Assembly (NCBI GenBank): GCA_030390025.1
Contig: CM059435.1
Location: 84,382,001-84,446,000 of the forward strand
Direction: 5' to 3'
Source of the DNA: Squalus acanthias
Taxonomy: Eukaryota
DNA: 64,000 nucleotides
This document shows positions 12,445 to 25,067 of the stretch, piece after piece. A model generated the notes under the pieces. That model saw only the letters and a program-made list of their open reading frames with translations, did no database searches and was not told the DNA's origin. Position 1 is the first letter of the stretch. Each line of letters begins with the position of its first letter. The position numbers and the translations under genes are program-made.

Positions 12445-12965
12445 GTAAGGTCACAAATGAACTCAGTCTGGTTCTGGCCATGATATTGTCAAAGATCTGG
12501 CAGGTGTCTCTGTGAGGGAGGAGGAAGGAGAACAAGTTAATGGGAATGTTCTTTTCCTCCCCCTTTGCATCTCAAGTGCTCTTCAGAGACCTTTTGGGAA
12601 CAGACATGCATATGTCACATCACACTTCTTAAAGGCCATATGCCTAAAAGTGTTGCATGTTGATGTACATCTGTGGGCGAAAATTAGTGGTTGCTGATTG
12701 AAAGTTAAATCATGGCCTATTTATCTTTGACTAAACATGGATGCGTCAAATTGTCAAAATGATTAAATATTATGCAGCAGAAAACTGAGCAACCAAAAAG
12801 TTGAAATTTTTTTTGACCGGTTAATAATCTCAAATTGGCCAATAACAGTAAATACCAAACCCAAAGTGGCAAGTAACCGGCAGTGACCAATCAGATCACT
12901 CCAAACATTTAGTGAACTTGGTTTGAGCTGCCGTCTTGAATTCTTTCTCCAACTGAAAAAGTAAT

Positions 12966-13560
12966 GGCCCAGATATTCCGATCTCTATCGCATGCGCTGA
13001 AAACCGGCATTTCCAATCTGTCAAAAATGGTCTTGACAGATCCTCCGGCTGCCCTGGAGAAGGGCCTCTGCGGGCGGATAGTTCTGCTTTTTGGAGACCC
13101 TCCGCCCGCAGAAAACCCTTACAATTCTTACGCCTGGTAAAAGCAGGCATAAGGCCTGCTTTTACCAGGATAAGAGTTGAAAAAAGTAAAAAAATTAAAT
13201 TTTGTTTAAAATACTTAATTTATTGTAATTTCAAGTCATTTTAAAAATGTGATTTAAAAAAAATGTATTTAAAGTTTTACTATGTTTTTGGGGTGATCTC
13301 CATTCATATATTTGACAGGTCTTCCTGTCAAGTGTATGAAGGGAGATTCCCTTCTTTGATTGGCTCCCCATGGCCCACATGATCCCAGGGACGCTGTGAA
13401 CTACATGCGCATCTGGGATACGTGGGCCCTGCGCACTTAAAGTTTGGAGAGGCCCAGGAGCGGAAGCGTGTGCGTCCCGGGAGCCCTCAGGTAAGGGCGT
13501 AGATTTTTCCAGATCACAGGCCTCTGCCCGCGGAAGGCCTGCGATCGGAAAATACGGGCC
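12966..13560. mobile_element. Harbinger-type MITE in ADCK2 intron 2
   Basis: Termini ggcccagatattccg...cggaaaatacgggcc, TSD AAT; related to 2238-2981. Confidence 0.8.
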
Positions 13561-14134
13561 AATATGTGTAACCTTAGAAATCTTTTAACAAAATCAGAAA
13601 TAATTCAGAATAAAATGTTTATTTTACTCATACAGTTGACTGTAGAGTTTTTTCTCAGAGAGACCTACTCATGGGTTGGAAGCCAAACGCTTAATTTAAA
13701 GCACTTGAAGTACTTGATTGGAACTTCAATCGTTGTGTTAGGTTTTGTTGCCTGTTCCTTTTCCAAATGTTCATTCTGATTGACTGCAGTTGATGATAGT
13801 CATGGTAAGCTCCTCCCTTAATTTTGAACAATGCTATGGGAAATCTACTAGTGGAAAACAAAATCTCAAACTATCAATGGCTGGATTAGCTCTTTAAATA
13901 TATATCTCCATGTTATTGCCCTAGAGTGAGTTTAAAATCTTTCTCTGATCCTTATGATTTGTCTTAGGTTATTTTTACATACTCAATTAATAAGTGTCTT
14001 GTCTTTTTTGAAGTGGCTGGACTGAATAGGGATCGACTCAGAAACAGAGTTAATGGGAAATGTCTTCTTTCTAGTAGCTCACCTCAAAGAGTACTTGTCT
14101 ACACTAAACACTGCTTCCTGGCATTACCACACAG

Positions 14135-14263
14135 ATTGACCTGCGATACGAGGCAAAGAATATGGAGAGGTTCCGAGAGAATTTTCAGGATATGGAATCT
14201 GTCAAGTTTCCAATACCTCTCAGGCCGTTTGTCACAAGAACGATCCTGGTTGAAACCTTTGAG
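14135..14263 (+). CDS. ADCK2: ADCK2 exon 3
   Basis: acacag|IDLRYEAKNMERFRENF...ILVETFE|gtattt; 129 nt. Confidence 0.95.
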
Positions 14264-15188
14264 GTATTTTTTTTCAATATAATTTGTTGCTAAAATGTGC
14301 AGTGCTGGAAAGGGGTAGGGCATGGTTTTTGGTTGCCAGTGTGTTCTTAATCTCTGACAGGCTGAGGAGGTGGAGATGAGCATTTAACTACAGGAAAAGA
14401 GGGAAAGCTTGAGTCAATCTAGGCTGCTCTCATTCTGCAGAGGGTAACTGGATATGGGAAAATATAACATTTACATTATTAGCTGTTCACTGGCACATAT
14501 GGTGTGGGAATATGCTGTGTGATCTGTTTACCCACCCCAAATCTACTGCATTTCAAAATAATGAATGGCAATTAAATTGCAATTGCTGGACTACAGCACA
14601 AGTCTAAAACTAACCAAGCCCTCAAAGGAAGCTAGAGGTTGGAAGAATTTTCCCTCCCCCAGAGTAGTAGTAGTTATGTAGAATGGACTCCCAGTAACAG
14701 CTGATCTTGTGTCAGATAACTCCCAACATATCACAGTCACTGCACTCCAAAATAAGTTCATTGTGTGAAAGTGCTTTGTGATGTTTTGAAATGATAAAGT
14801 GCTAAATAAATACAGTATCTTAGTAAGTTTGTTAAATATCTGGTTAGGAACATGATTAAGGGTCACAGAAGTACGTGTAGTCAAATACAGTCTTCTAATC
14901 TAATCTTACTTGAGGATTGTCAATTTTGCAAGCAGCTCTTCACAGCTTAAGTGAAATAATCTGATCAGCTCTCATTTTACATAGTAACATAGCAAAGTAC
15001 AGGACTGGGAATGTTGAAATGCCCTCTTAGTAATCTGTTCAAACAGAAAGAAATCCAATTCTGTTGGCCTGACTTCATAACTTAGGTGAAATGGCTATAC
15101 TTACCATTTAAGAGGCTTTATATTTAATACATTCTCAAGAAAAGGAAAATTGTAAATCCCAGCAGGTATTGCCGGAAAATATAGATTC

Positions 15189-15295
15189 TTTGGCTCATAG
15201 ATAAGATAGGCGAGTTTGGCTCAAAGATAAGATAGTCGAGTTTGGCTCATAGATAAGATAGGCGAGTTTGGCTCATAGATAAGATAGGCGAGTTT
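15189..15295 (+). repeat. 26-bp minisatellite, 4 copies
   Basis: tttggctcatagataagataggcgag at 15189, 15215, 15241 and 15267. Confidence 0.95.
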
Positions 15296-15579
15296 AACGG
15301 CCCAACAGAGCTTCTAAATAATTATCTCTCAACAGTCTTTAGAGTGGACTACGTCCGTAATATTCTCAGCCAGCTAAGTGATGTGGAGGCGGATGCATTT
15401 GCGATCATGGACAATACATGCGGGCCAGTAAGAAACTGGAGCAATGACGATAAATATTGTCTGATGCAAAGATGGAATGCACCCGAGGTAGCAAGAGTGG
15501 AGGTAGGGCATGGGATGGGTTGAGGGAAATGTTGCAAAACTCACTCAACAGAAAATGTACTTCTGGAAGGTAATGAACG

Positions 15580-15764
15580 TGGTAAGTTTTCATCTTCACT
15601 GCATGGGTGGTAATCTGGCGAAGCGAATTGCCCGTCCATTATAGAACCCCACCCCTCACGATTTTCACTCCATTGATTTCAACTGAATCAAAATTGGACG
15701 GGTTTGTAATGGGAGGGCGATCACACAGATTGCCACCCACGCGATGAAGATAAAAATTTACCCC
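15580..15764. mobile_element. Short palindromic MITE-like element
   Basis: ggtaagttttcatcttcactgcatgggtggtaatctg pairs imperfectly with cagattgccacccacgcgatgaagataaaaatttacc. Confidence 0.6.
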
Positions 15765-16196
15765 AATGTCTTTCGATTCTTTTTTTAAAACTCAAAATAT
15801 CATTCCGGGTATTAAAGGCCTGTTAGCTTTTCATGCGTAGTAGGAAAATGGGTCCAGGGACAGCAATTTCCCATTGGGGAGAAAAGGGGGAGAAACATGT
15901 TCTAGGTTGTTAACATTTTCACAGGAACGGATGGGATGGATGTTGAAGTTTTTTGTGCTGAACCAGAAGAGAAGTAAGGTTATGATTGTAAATCGAGGAA
16001 ACCTCAGGCTAAACCGAACACGGGGAGTAACTACTTCACATTCAGTTCACTTAGGAAACAAAAAGAATGTCGCTTAGTGCAATGAATATGGACTCAGTTG
16101 GAGCATTCAAAAAGGGAGTAGATGCGTATGGGCTTTGGACCAAGACAGCAGGGAGGTGAAAATGGTCTGACAGGGTTCTGTATTATGGACCTAAAT

Positions 16197-16830
16197 CAGT
16201 GGTAGCCAACCTGCAGCCTCCAAGCCTTAGAAATCTGTTACATAGATAGAAACATAGAAGATAGGAGCAGGAGTAGGCCATTCGGCCCCTCGAGCCTGTT
16301 CCGCCATTTAATGAGATCATGGCTGATCATCCAAATTCAGTACCCTGTCCCTGCTTTCTCCCCATATCCCTTGATCCCTTTAGCCTTAATAGTTCCTCAA
16401 AGGTCAGGTAAATGGGCCTATTTGCAGCTTTTATATTATTATTTGGTGATTTGTCCTGTTGTAAATTGATGGGCTTGGAGGTTTGTAAAGGGTTGTTGCT
16501 AGTACTGGTGGATAAATCCTAAATCAGAACACCTAGCTCTGTTAGTATCAGCAACTTAAAATGTATGCAAATTAATGTGAACATAGATTTAAACTAATAC
16601 GATAGCAAAATACTGCGGATGCTGGAAATCTGAAATAACAACAGAAAACGCTGACGAAAGGTCATCGACCTGAAACGTTAACTCTCTTTCTCTCTCCACG
16701 GATGCTGCCTGGCCTGCTGAGTTTTTCCAGCGTTTTCTGTTGTTATTATAGATTTAAACTATATGTGGTCCACTTAGCTCCATGGTGTGAACCTTTGCAG
16801 CCCAGAAAGACAAAAGCTTGGAAGTCCCTG
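16197..16830. mobile_element. Old hAT-like non-autonomous element hosting a CR1 3' tail (~16238-16390) and a Penelope-like insertion
   Basis: cagtggtagccaacctgc start and ...ttggaagtccctg end; shares ggtggataaatc...agaacacct...tgcaaattaatg with 25740-25980. Confidence 0.5.
16597..16747 (+). mobile_element. Penelope-like mini-insertion with inverted tail and hammerhead motif
   Basis: 14-bp TSD atagatttaaacta (16583-16596, 16748-16761); 20-bp inverted repeat 16633-16652/16728-16747; CTGACGA-a-aggtc-atc-gacct-GAAAC-GTT. Confidence 0.85.
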
Positions 16831-17253
16831 ACCTAAATGACAGTGAAAGCTAAATGGGGTGAATGGTTTTTTCTAGTTCTTGCTGTCTTATGATCTTCTG
16901 CATTGTCTAATGTATAGGTAATTGTGGTCAGCGGCAGTACCTCTTCTCTACCTCCAAAGGTGTAAAGCAGAAGTGTGCTTGGAGTATGTGTTCTCAGCCA
17001 GAGAGCATGGTTGCTATAGCATCTCATCTTAAATTCTGCATCATTCTGTATTTACACTGGGGATATGTAAGCTTTATGTAGTAATAGCTTTGGCTCAATA
17101 CCCTCCTACAAGGCAACATTGGTTGGCTGATAAACTAATATTCTAGAGTCTGGATAGGAGTCTTGTAAGAACACTCAGCATTGAAGTAAATGCCACTGGG
17201 TGCCATCATGAAAGATAATAAGACACTAATTCTTCTGTGTTCTTTGTGTTTAG

Positions 17254-17349
17254 GAGAGTGTGCCTGTCTCGATGTATTTGACAAAGGATGTACCTAACAT
17301 ATTGAAGCAGAGGTTGGCAAGAATGGGGGTGGAGATGCTGCTGAAGATG
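17254..17349 (+). CDS. ADCK2: ADCK2 exon 4
   Basis: gtttag|ESVPVSMYL...LARMGVEMLLKM|gtaacc; 96 nt. Confidence 0.93.
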
Positions 17350-19227
17350 GTAACCCTGTGTAGTAGTAACAAACCAAAAGATGCTGGAGTCCTGGGGGCA
17401 AATGACTGTGGACCCTGAAAAAGAAGCGAGAAAGGGAGGGTCCACAAAACATTTAAGATGATGGTCCACTGTATGTAGAAAGTCCATGTGCATGGGAGAG
17501 TATGGGAAACGCTTGTTCATGAGCCAGATGACGATTACAATGCACTCCCTTTTATTTCCCATATGAGAAAACAAAGTTGTAGAGGGAGCTGCATCCATGA
17601 CTAGATTGGTAGGAACCAATTAAACATTTTCCCAACACAAAATTTTACCCTGACCTAAAAGTGCTGACTCATGCTGAGGTACATGCTGATTCTTTGTGTA
17701 TGAGGCTGGACAGTGAGTGCTGGCAGGCTATTTTACTGTGGCATCGCAAAGCTACCTCTTGTCTTTGCCTGACATACACGTGCAAGCACTTTCCAGCAAG
17801 GATCACCTCGATTGATTTTTCCTTTCTTTCCCTAGCTCGGGGACAATAAGGCCAATTGAAGCTTTTCCTCCAGAACCCTGGTATAGACTGGAGTTCAGCT
17901 GGGACCTTTTTGGTTTGCTTGGCTCAGTACATATGCGAGAGAGCTTGCAAAATCTGTTTATCCATCTGTATGCATGTGTGTAATATATATATATATATAT
18001 TTCTCAGTCTCTTGTAGTGTTGCTCACGGTTAGTTGGAGGAAATGGTATGTTTCTTTAACTGTGTTATAACTGAGAGGCTGAGAGAGGGTCCGGTGCAAC
18101 CTCTGGAGCACGCAAAAATAACAGGTACTCCTGTAACCTTGTTTAATCAGAGGAAACAGCACCAACAGCTGGAGGAAGTAAGAATAGCAGGTGTTACCGC
18201 CACCACATTACTCAGTGATTGCGATGGACTGGGGTGTTAAATGTTACCCATTGGTTTCAATGTCACAATTATGACAAACTCAAAAAATCAAGCTCAGACA
18301 TTTTAATATATTACTAGTAGATTTCTTGTGGTGTTGCTTATGGTGAGTCAGAGGATTTGCTACAAGGGATGCTTATGTCATGTGGGGGATAACATCTGGG
18401 CCACTGACTTACAATAATTTAACAAGTCAAATTCCATTTTTATTAAAACTGGTTAATCGCCTGTGGCATTGGACATGGGGATTCAAGGCCAAGTGCATTA
18501 TTCTGGTCAAACAGGGTTAGTGAGTGGGGGAATAATTGGAATGAGGAGTAGATGGAGAGGGAGTGGGCAAAGAGGGATGTGGAAGGGGGACAGGGAGGGG
18601 AGTGGGCAATAGGAGGGGTTCAGAGGAGGAGGAGGGGTTGGGAGAGGGGAGGAGGAGGGGGAATGCGAGGGAGATGCAGGAGAGGAGTGATGAGGATGGG
18701 TAGGGGGAATGGGGAGATGAAGGATGGGGATGGGTGAGGAGATTGGGTGGGAGCAAGGGCAGGGAAACTACCTAAGCCGGAGGTTGAGGAAGGGGAAGAA
18801 GCAGTATAGGGTAAGGGAGGCAAAGAAAGGGAAAGAATGAGAAGCAATGGGGAAGTGATTTGGAATAACAGGTGAAGGAAGTATTGGAACGAAGTAGAGC
18901 AGTTGGGGCTCAGAGAGGGGAGGCGATATGGCGATCATAGGGATTAAACAATTGGCAGATAGGGTCAGTGAGAGATCAGAAACTGGGGGAAGGACATAAT
19001 GCAGGGGCTTGAGGGGTTTATAGTGCAATAACTGTAAAGGAGGTGGCTTCACTCAGCAGGTGGGAGCCCACCGACAGAGGGAACATTATACATACTGTTT
19101 ACCAACTCAAATTGCAATAAAAAAAAAATCCAAATATACCGAATGCATGATTTACAAAAAGAATCCCCTTGTTTTAGTTTTCCGTGGTATTGTGGCATCA
19201 TCACTGTTGACCTGTTTATTTCTGTAG

Positions 19228-19479
19228 GTGTTTGTGGATAACTTTGTTCATGGAGACCTTCACCCTGGAAATATCCTCATCCAGGGGGCTGATCAGTTCA
19301 ACCTTCAAAATGATGACAAGACCACCATTGTAGACTTATGCGATACGCTCATCGTTAATGTGCGTCCATCCCAGTGCCCACTAAAGCTTATTCTCCTGGA
19401 TACTGGCATTGTTACTGAACTCCCGCCATCTGACTTACACAATTTCAAGGCTGTCTTCACCGCTGTGATTGAAGGGCAG
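19228..19479 (+). CDS. ADCK2: ADCK2 exon 5
   Basis: tctgtag|VFVDNFVHGDLHPGNIL...LLDTGIV...GQ|gtatga; catalytic loop and DFG-equivalent; 252 nt. Confidence 0.96.
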
Positions 19480-20500
19480 GTATGAATCTGTGAATTTTTT
19501 TCCCCCCATATACGCACCATTCCATTCCCAAAAAACCAGGCAAGTGACCTGCACCGTATTATCTGATAAGATAGGTCACTCAGCCCATGTAGGTTGTGTG
19601 TTTTTGATCCCGCTCTTTAATCTAGCTGAGAATTCCAAATTGTAGAATCGCAGTTCACTTTTAAATAGGGCAAATAATTTATCACTTTGATCCACTTGGA
19701 AACTGGAATTTTCACTTTCTGCAAAAAATAACACAAAATTGTAATACTTGGTCATCAAATCATGAGACACGACTCAAGTGTAGAAATTTGCAGGTAGCAT
19801 GCTGTGCCAAAATTGCTAGCTCTACATTGAAACAATATGTGGTACTGGCAGCATAGTGTACCAGGTCAGCAGGAAGGAGTGAACTCATCTGTCATTTGCA
19901 AGTGTTTGCTTACTAGAGTGACAGTACTGGAAGACATGACAGGATCAAGGTATTCTGCTCTGGGTGCACTGTGGGCCTCACTCTGGCCTTTCTCTTGGTC
20001 CAGACAGAGGAGTTAAAAACTTCTTGTTGCTGAGATTGACTGATTTTTGTCAAAGCTATTTCCCCACTTGCGAGGATGGGTTTAGCATCATTCAGCAACT
20101 TGAATATGAAGTCATTTAATTAATTCCAGCACTAAATATTTAACAGTTGGATTGTGTTATTGAGTTTGTACTTTGTAACCATGGTGACTGTTACTCAGTA
20201 CCGTGTATTCCTTAACCTTTCCTCTCCAAGTCATTCAATCCAATTTACTTTCCTATTCCTTTGGTTCTTAGTCATGTTTCTGTTTTCTTCATCCTCAAAG
20301 TTGGGGCTTCTGATTGGAGAGGCAATGTGTTTGGGGTGGGGCTTAAAGCAGCATGCAGCCTAAAGGAAAGTGCAAAGCAGCCATGATGTGTGTGCTGCAC
20401 CTGCCCATCCCAATGGTGTGAGGTACATAGCAGGTTTACCAAACTCATCTGGATTTCTGCTTCATATTGTGTAATAATTTGTTTTATTTTTTATTTTCAG

Positions 20501-20629
20501 GGCGAGCAGGTTGCAGAATTACTGCTGACCCAGGCCAGAGCCAGTGAATGCCGGGACATACAACTGTTTAAATCTGAAATAGAAAAACTTGTGAGCGAAG
20601 CCAGGATGAACACAGATTCTCTGGGAAAG
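20501..20629 (+). CDS. ADCK2: ADCK2 exon 6
   Basis: ttttcag|GEQVAELLLTQARASECRD...SLGK|gtatta; 129 nt. Confidence 0.94.
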
Positions 20630-21033
20630 GTATTAGCACACTAAGAGCAGATAGGAACATTCCTTAGTTAAGGGAAGTGAGGACACACTATAATAATATT
20701 CTGATATAATGCAGCATTGTGGAGCAAGCACTGCTAAATTCCAAAGCTTATTCCGTATTCAGAGGTTTAATAGAGTTTTCTATTAATGTGTTTGTAATAA
20801 TAATGCTGATTTCTACTTAATTGTCCCAGAGTGAAGTGGCTGCATGGAATACTGCAGTTGTGTAGTTCGTTTTAGCTGGCTGAGATTGCAATATTTGATT
20901 TGGGCTACCAAAGAAGGGTAGGTGGGCCAACATTACCAGTTTAGTGAGGGAGGAGGAAAGAATTGTTTATTACCTAGAGACGTGTCTGTGTTGGCTGATC
21001 TCATTTTAAACCCTTTTCCTCTTATCTTCTCAG

Positions 21034-21087
21034 CTCCATGTTGCAGGTTTACTGTCTAAGGTTTTGGAGACACTCCTCACACACAAG
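21034..21087 (+). CDS. ADCK2: ADCK2 exon 7
   Basis: ttctcag|LHVAGLLSKVLETLLTHK|gtagag; 54 nt. Confidence 0.9.
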
Positions 21088-21189
21088 GTAGAGTGGAATT
21101 CTGGGCTTGGTTACATGTGTAGCTCTTTGTCTTTGATTGTTTGAAATCTGACTGCAGCTCTCTGTTTGCTTTCCTTCTCCCAACACTAG

Positions 21190-21327
21190 GTTAAGTTGGA
21201 AAGTAACTTTGCCTCCATCATCTTTGCCATCATGGTCTTGGAGGGTCTCGGTCATTCTCTGGATCCTGAGCTGGACTTGCTGGAAGTGGCCAGACCTTTG
21301 CTGCTGAAGAACGCCACGGATTTATAA
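21190..21327 (+). CDS. ADCK2: ADCK2 exon 8 (terminal coding exon)
   Basis: cactag|VKLESNFASIIFAIMVLEGLGHSLDPELDLLEVARPLLLKNATDL*; total CDS 1884 nt, 627 aa. Confidence 0.94.
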   Translation, partial: VKLESNFASIIFAIMVLEGLGHSLDPELDLLEVARPLLLKNATDL

Positions 21328-21749
21328 TGGCAGTCACAGACTGTCTAGCATTGCATTTTTGACCACCCTTACTCAGGGAAGGGGAGGAGAGAACACATCT
21401 GCCAGAGATCCACATCCATTCAATGTTCAATCATCATGACACTGGGGATTTAATGGTTTCTTTAACTACAGGCCGATGCCATGCTAGTAAAAGTCCATTT
21501 GCAGAATAACTCATGATGTATCCCAGTGTTTTGAGCCCTTGTGAAACTGTGAGCAAAAGTAAAGTGCAAGATTAAATGTGTGTGCAGAGAGCTCTATTGG
21601 ATCTATTGATTCTGTCCCTCTGCACTGACAGACTGAACAACTGTGATTTTCAATGATAGTGACGTGAGTCTATGATTGTTAGTACAAAGTGCGGAGGGTT
21701 AAAAAGTTGGCACAGTGCATTGCCACTGCAGAGCTCTGTACCATAAACT

Positions 21750-21755
21750 AATAAA
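21750..21755 (+). terminator. Candidate ADCK2 polyadenylation signal
   Basis: AATAAA ~420 nt after the stop codon, followed by T/GT-rich sequence. Confidence 0.45.
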
Positions 21756-22099
21756 ATGTGACTTCCCAACAGTTTCCCTATGTATTAATTTTCTGATTTC
21801 ACCCGTGCGGTGCCCCCTGTTTCATTAGAGGGAGGTATAGAGAACTTCTCTGGTGAATACTCCCTGTGTGGGGAAGCTTGATCACATTTTAAGAAGGTGG
21901 GGAGAAAATTCACATTTTTGAAAAGGAGCTTACAATAATTTGAGTATCACCAAGGACAGTGGAGTCACACACCTGTGACAACAGTCTCTGCTTTTCGCCC
22001 TCATTTTGTTGGAGAGCTGAAGTAATTGCACTGTTTTATTATTTGATTCAAAATTTGCTCAAGTCTCTGTATATTTGTGTCTGTCTACCTCTGTACACA

Positions 22100-25067
22100 G
22101 CATAAAAAGGTACTTACATACGAACAAGTAAAGGCTGTTTCATCCACAAAGCCTCCTGCTTCCACAGACCATTTACAGTCCACAAAATCTACAACTGTCT
22201 CCTTCCTCTTACCCTTCTTATCACCCAATTACTCCACCTTTCTCGGGTACATTGTTTCCACCCCCGTCAATTCCTAGCTCAACCTATCACTGCTTCTCTG
22301 CCTTCCTGCGCTCCTTCCGCCATCCCAGGTCTTCTGTGTGTGTCTCTGCATTCTCTGAAGGGTCCATGAAGGCACTCAACGCTGCCTCCTTATGAACAGC
22401 ATTCTCCGAAGGGTCCATGAAGGCACTCAACGCTGCTTCCTTATGAACAGCAACACCAACTTCCCCATCCTCCTCTCTTTCCGACCTTCCAACTCAGTGT
22501 GCCTGCTGGGTGCTCATCTTCCTGTCATCACACGTCACCTATCATTGCCTCCTTGGTTGCTGCTAGCTGATGAACAATCACTGCCTCCTCCACATTCCTT
22601 CTAGAATGTCCATTCTTTCACAAACAAGGCCCCTGCCATCCATGGCGAATTATTGTGGATGATTGTATTGACATCTTGGATTTGATTGAAACTTGGCTCA
22701 TGGGTGGCAACACCTTAACCCTTACTGAAGATTCCCCACCTGGCTATTCTTTCCACCACCTGCCCTGCCCAAACCGCCATGGTGGCAGGTGTGGCTCATC
22801 ATCAAATCACACTTTGGTCTCTCCCACTACTCCTCTGGCACCACCTCCTCCTTCGGGTACCTCACTTGTTCCACCCCTCTCGCCTTCTTTAAAATTCTCA
22901 TTCTCTTCCAGCCCCACACTGAGTGTCTCTCCGAGATATCCTACCCACTTTCCTCCTTTTTCTCTGCATTGTGACTCTCATCCACAGTGATTTCAATCTC
23001 CATCTTAGCTCACCTTGCCCTCTGATTTCACTGCCCTCCTGTCCTCCCTAAACCTCTCCCTCCATATAATATCTCCTACTCTTATTCACAACCACCCCTC
23101 GAGCTTGCCAGCTCGCATGGCCTCGATCACAGATCAGGCCATTTCCGACTACTTCCTCCTGGATCGCCCCTGGACAAAACTCTCCCCAGTTATAACTGCA
23201 CTTTCAAAATTCCAACAACCAAGCCTTTCATTTGCCACGATACTTCTGCAGCTGCCGACCAACCACTTCCTCACCTCCTCCTTTTGATACCCTTGTCCCC
23301 AGCAAAAGCTTTACTCTTTCCCATCCTGGTCATTCCCCCTGGTATGACCCTCACCTTCAAGTCCAAGGGGTGATGACTTGAGCATATCTGGCACAACGGA
23401 TTTAATTGAGAGGTCGCACAACACCAGGTTATAGTCCAACAGTTTTATTTGAAATCACAAGCTTTCGGAGCTATCGATTTGCTCCTTCCTCACCTGAGGA
23501 AGGAGCAAATCGATAGCTCCGAAAGCTTGTGATTTCAAATAAAACTGTTGGACTATAACCTGGTGTTGTGCGACCTCTCAATTTTGTCCACCCCAGTCCA
23601 ACACCGGCATCTCCGCATCATGACAACGGATTTAGCCATCCATCACCAGATCTGGCTGGACCACATCAAGAACTATTGGGCCTTATTCTCCTTTGCCAAA
23701 ACTGCCCACAACTCCAGGATCATCCTGGAGACCAGAGATAGCCTGTCTTCTTTTCTCCACTACCAATCATCTTCTTAAACCTTTCTCTCCTGCCCATCCA
23801 CCTTCACCTGCAACAAATGTGTTTGGAGCTCATGGACTCCTTTGTCACTAAGATTGAGACCATCTGGTCAGCTGCTTTTGTTGTTTCTCTTTTTTCCACC
23901 AATCCAAACCTCCCTCCAGGCTCCCCTCTGCCCTAGCCCTGAACGTGTGTCTTTCTCTAGTTTATCTCCGCTCAGGTCCTTTCCAAGCTCATCTTGTCCA
24001 TGAGACCCACCTCCTGCTCCCTTGACCCCATTCCCATTAATCTGCTGACCACCTAACTTCCCTTCCTGACACCCATGCTAGCTGAGATTGTAAATGGCTC
24101 CCTCTCGTCAGGTACTGTCCCCCTTTTTCAGCAACAGCAATAATCACCCCCTCAAAAAAACTCACCTCGACCCCTCTGCCCTTGCAAACTACTGCCACAT
24201 CTCCAACCACCATTTCCTCCCCTTGATGTCCTCCTTGACCTCTCTGCAGCCGTTGACATGATTGGCCACACTATCCTTCTCCACCGCCTTTCCTCTGTTG
24301 TCCAGCTCAGTGGGACTGCCCTCGTTGGTTTCACTGCTTTCTATCTAATCATAACCAGATCACTCCAACAGCGCCTTCTCTTCCCGCACCCACCCCATTA
24401 CTTCTGGTGTTTCCCAAGGATCTATCCTTAGCCCTCTCATCTACTTACTGCCCCTCGGCGATATCATCCAAAGACATAGGGTCAGCTTTCACATGTATGA
24501 TGACAAGACTCAGCTCTACCTCCCCACCAACTCTCTCAACCCCTCCACAGGCTCTGTGCTGTCAGAGTGTTTGTCTGACATACAGTTTTGGACAACCCGC
24601 AATTTCCTCCAGTTAAACATTGGGAAGATGGAAGCCATCATCTTCAACCCTGGCTCAAACACCATACTCTTACCATGGATTCCATTTAACACCCAGTCAC
24701 TGTCTCAACTTGTTTGCAACCTCAGACTCTATTCAATCCTGAGCTGAACTTCCAAACTCTGTCACAAAGTGCAGCTAATTCTGCCTCTGCCCCTGCCTCA
24801 ACCCACCTGCTGCTGAAACTCTCATCCATGCCTTTGTCACTCCAGATTGGATTATTCCAATGCTGTCCTGGCCAGCCTCCCATCCTCTGTGCTCTGTAAA
24901 CTTCAGCTCATCCAAAGCTCTGCTGCCCATTTCTTGCCCCGCTCACTGTCACCCCTGTCCTCGCTGACCTGCATCGACTCCTGGACGCCCAACATTTCAA
25001 ATTTAAAATGCTAATTTTTGTGTTAAAATCCCATCACGGCCTTGCCACTCCCTATCTGTTACCTCCT
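22100..25067 (+). mobile_element. Decayed L2-clade LINE (APE + RT + 3' region)
   Basis: IDILDLIETWL...PPGYSFHHLPCPNRHGG (APE); LLDLSAAVDMIGH; MYDDKTQLY...NFLQLNIGKME. Contains a 51-bp tandem duplication (22348-22451) and a Penelope-like insertion. Confidence 0.85.
23405..23622 (+). mobile_element. Penelope-like palindromic insertion with hammerhead ribozyme motif
   Basis: Perfect 89-bp arms 23404-23492/23495-23583, 39-nt unpaired tail, 12-bp TSD acaacggattta (23393-23404, 23623-23634); tcac-CTGAGGA-a-ggagc...gctcc-GAAAG-CTT-gtga. Confidence 0.88.
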
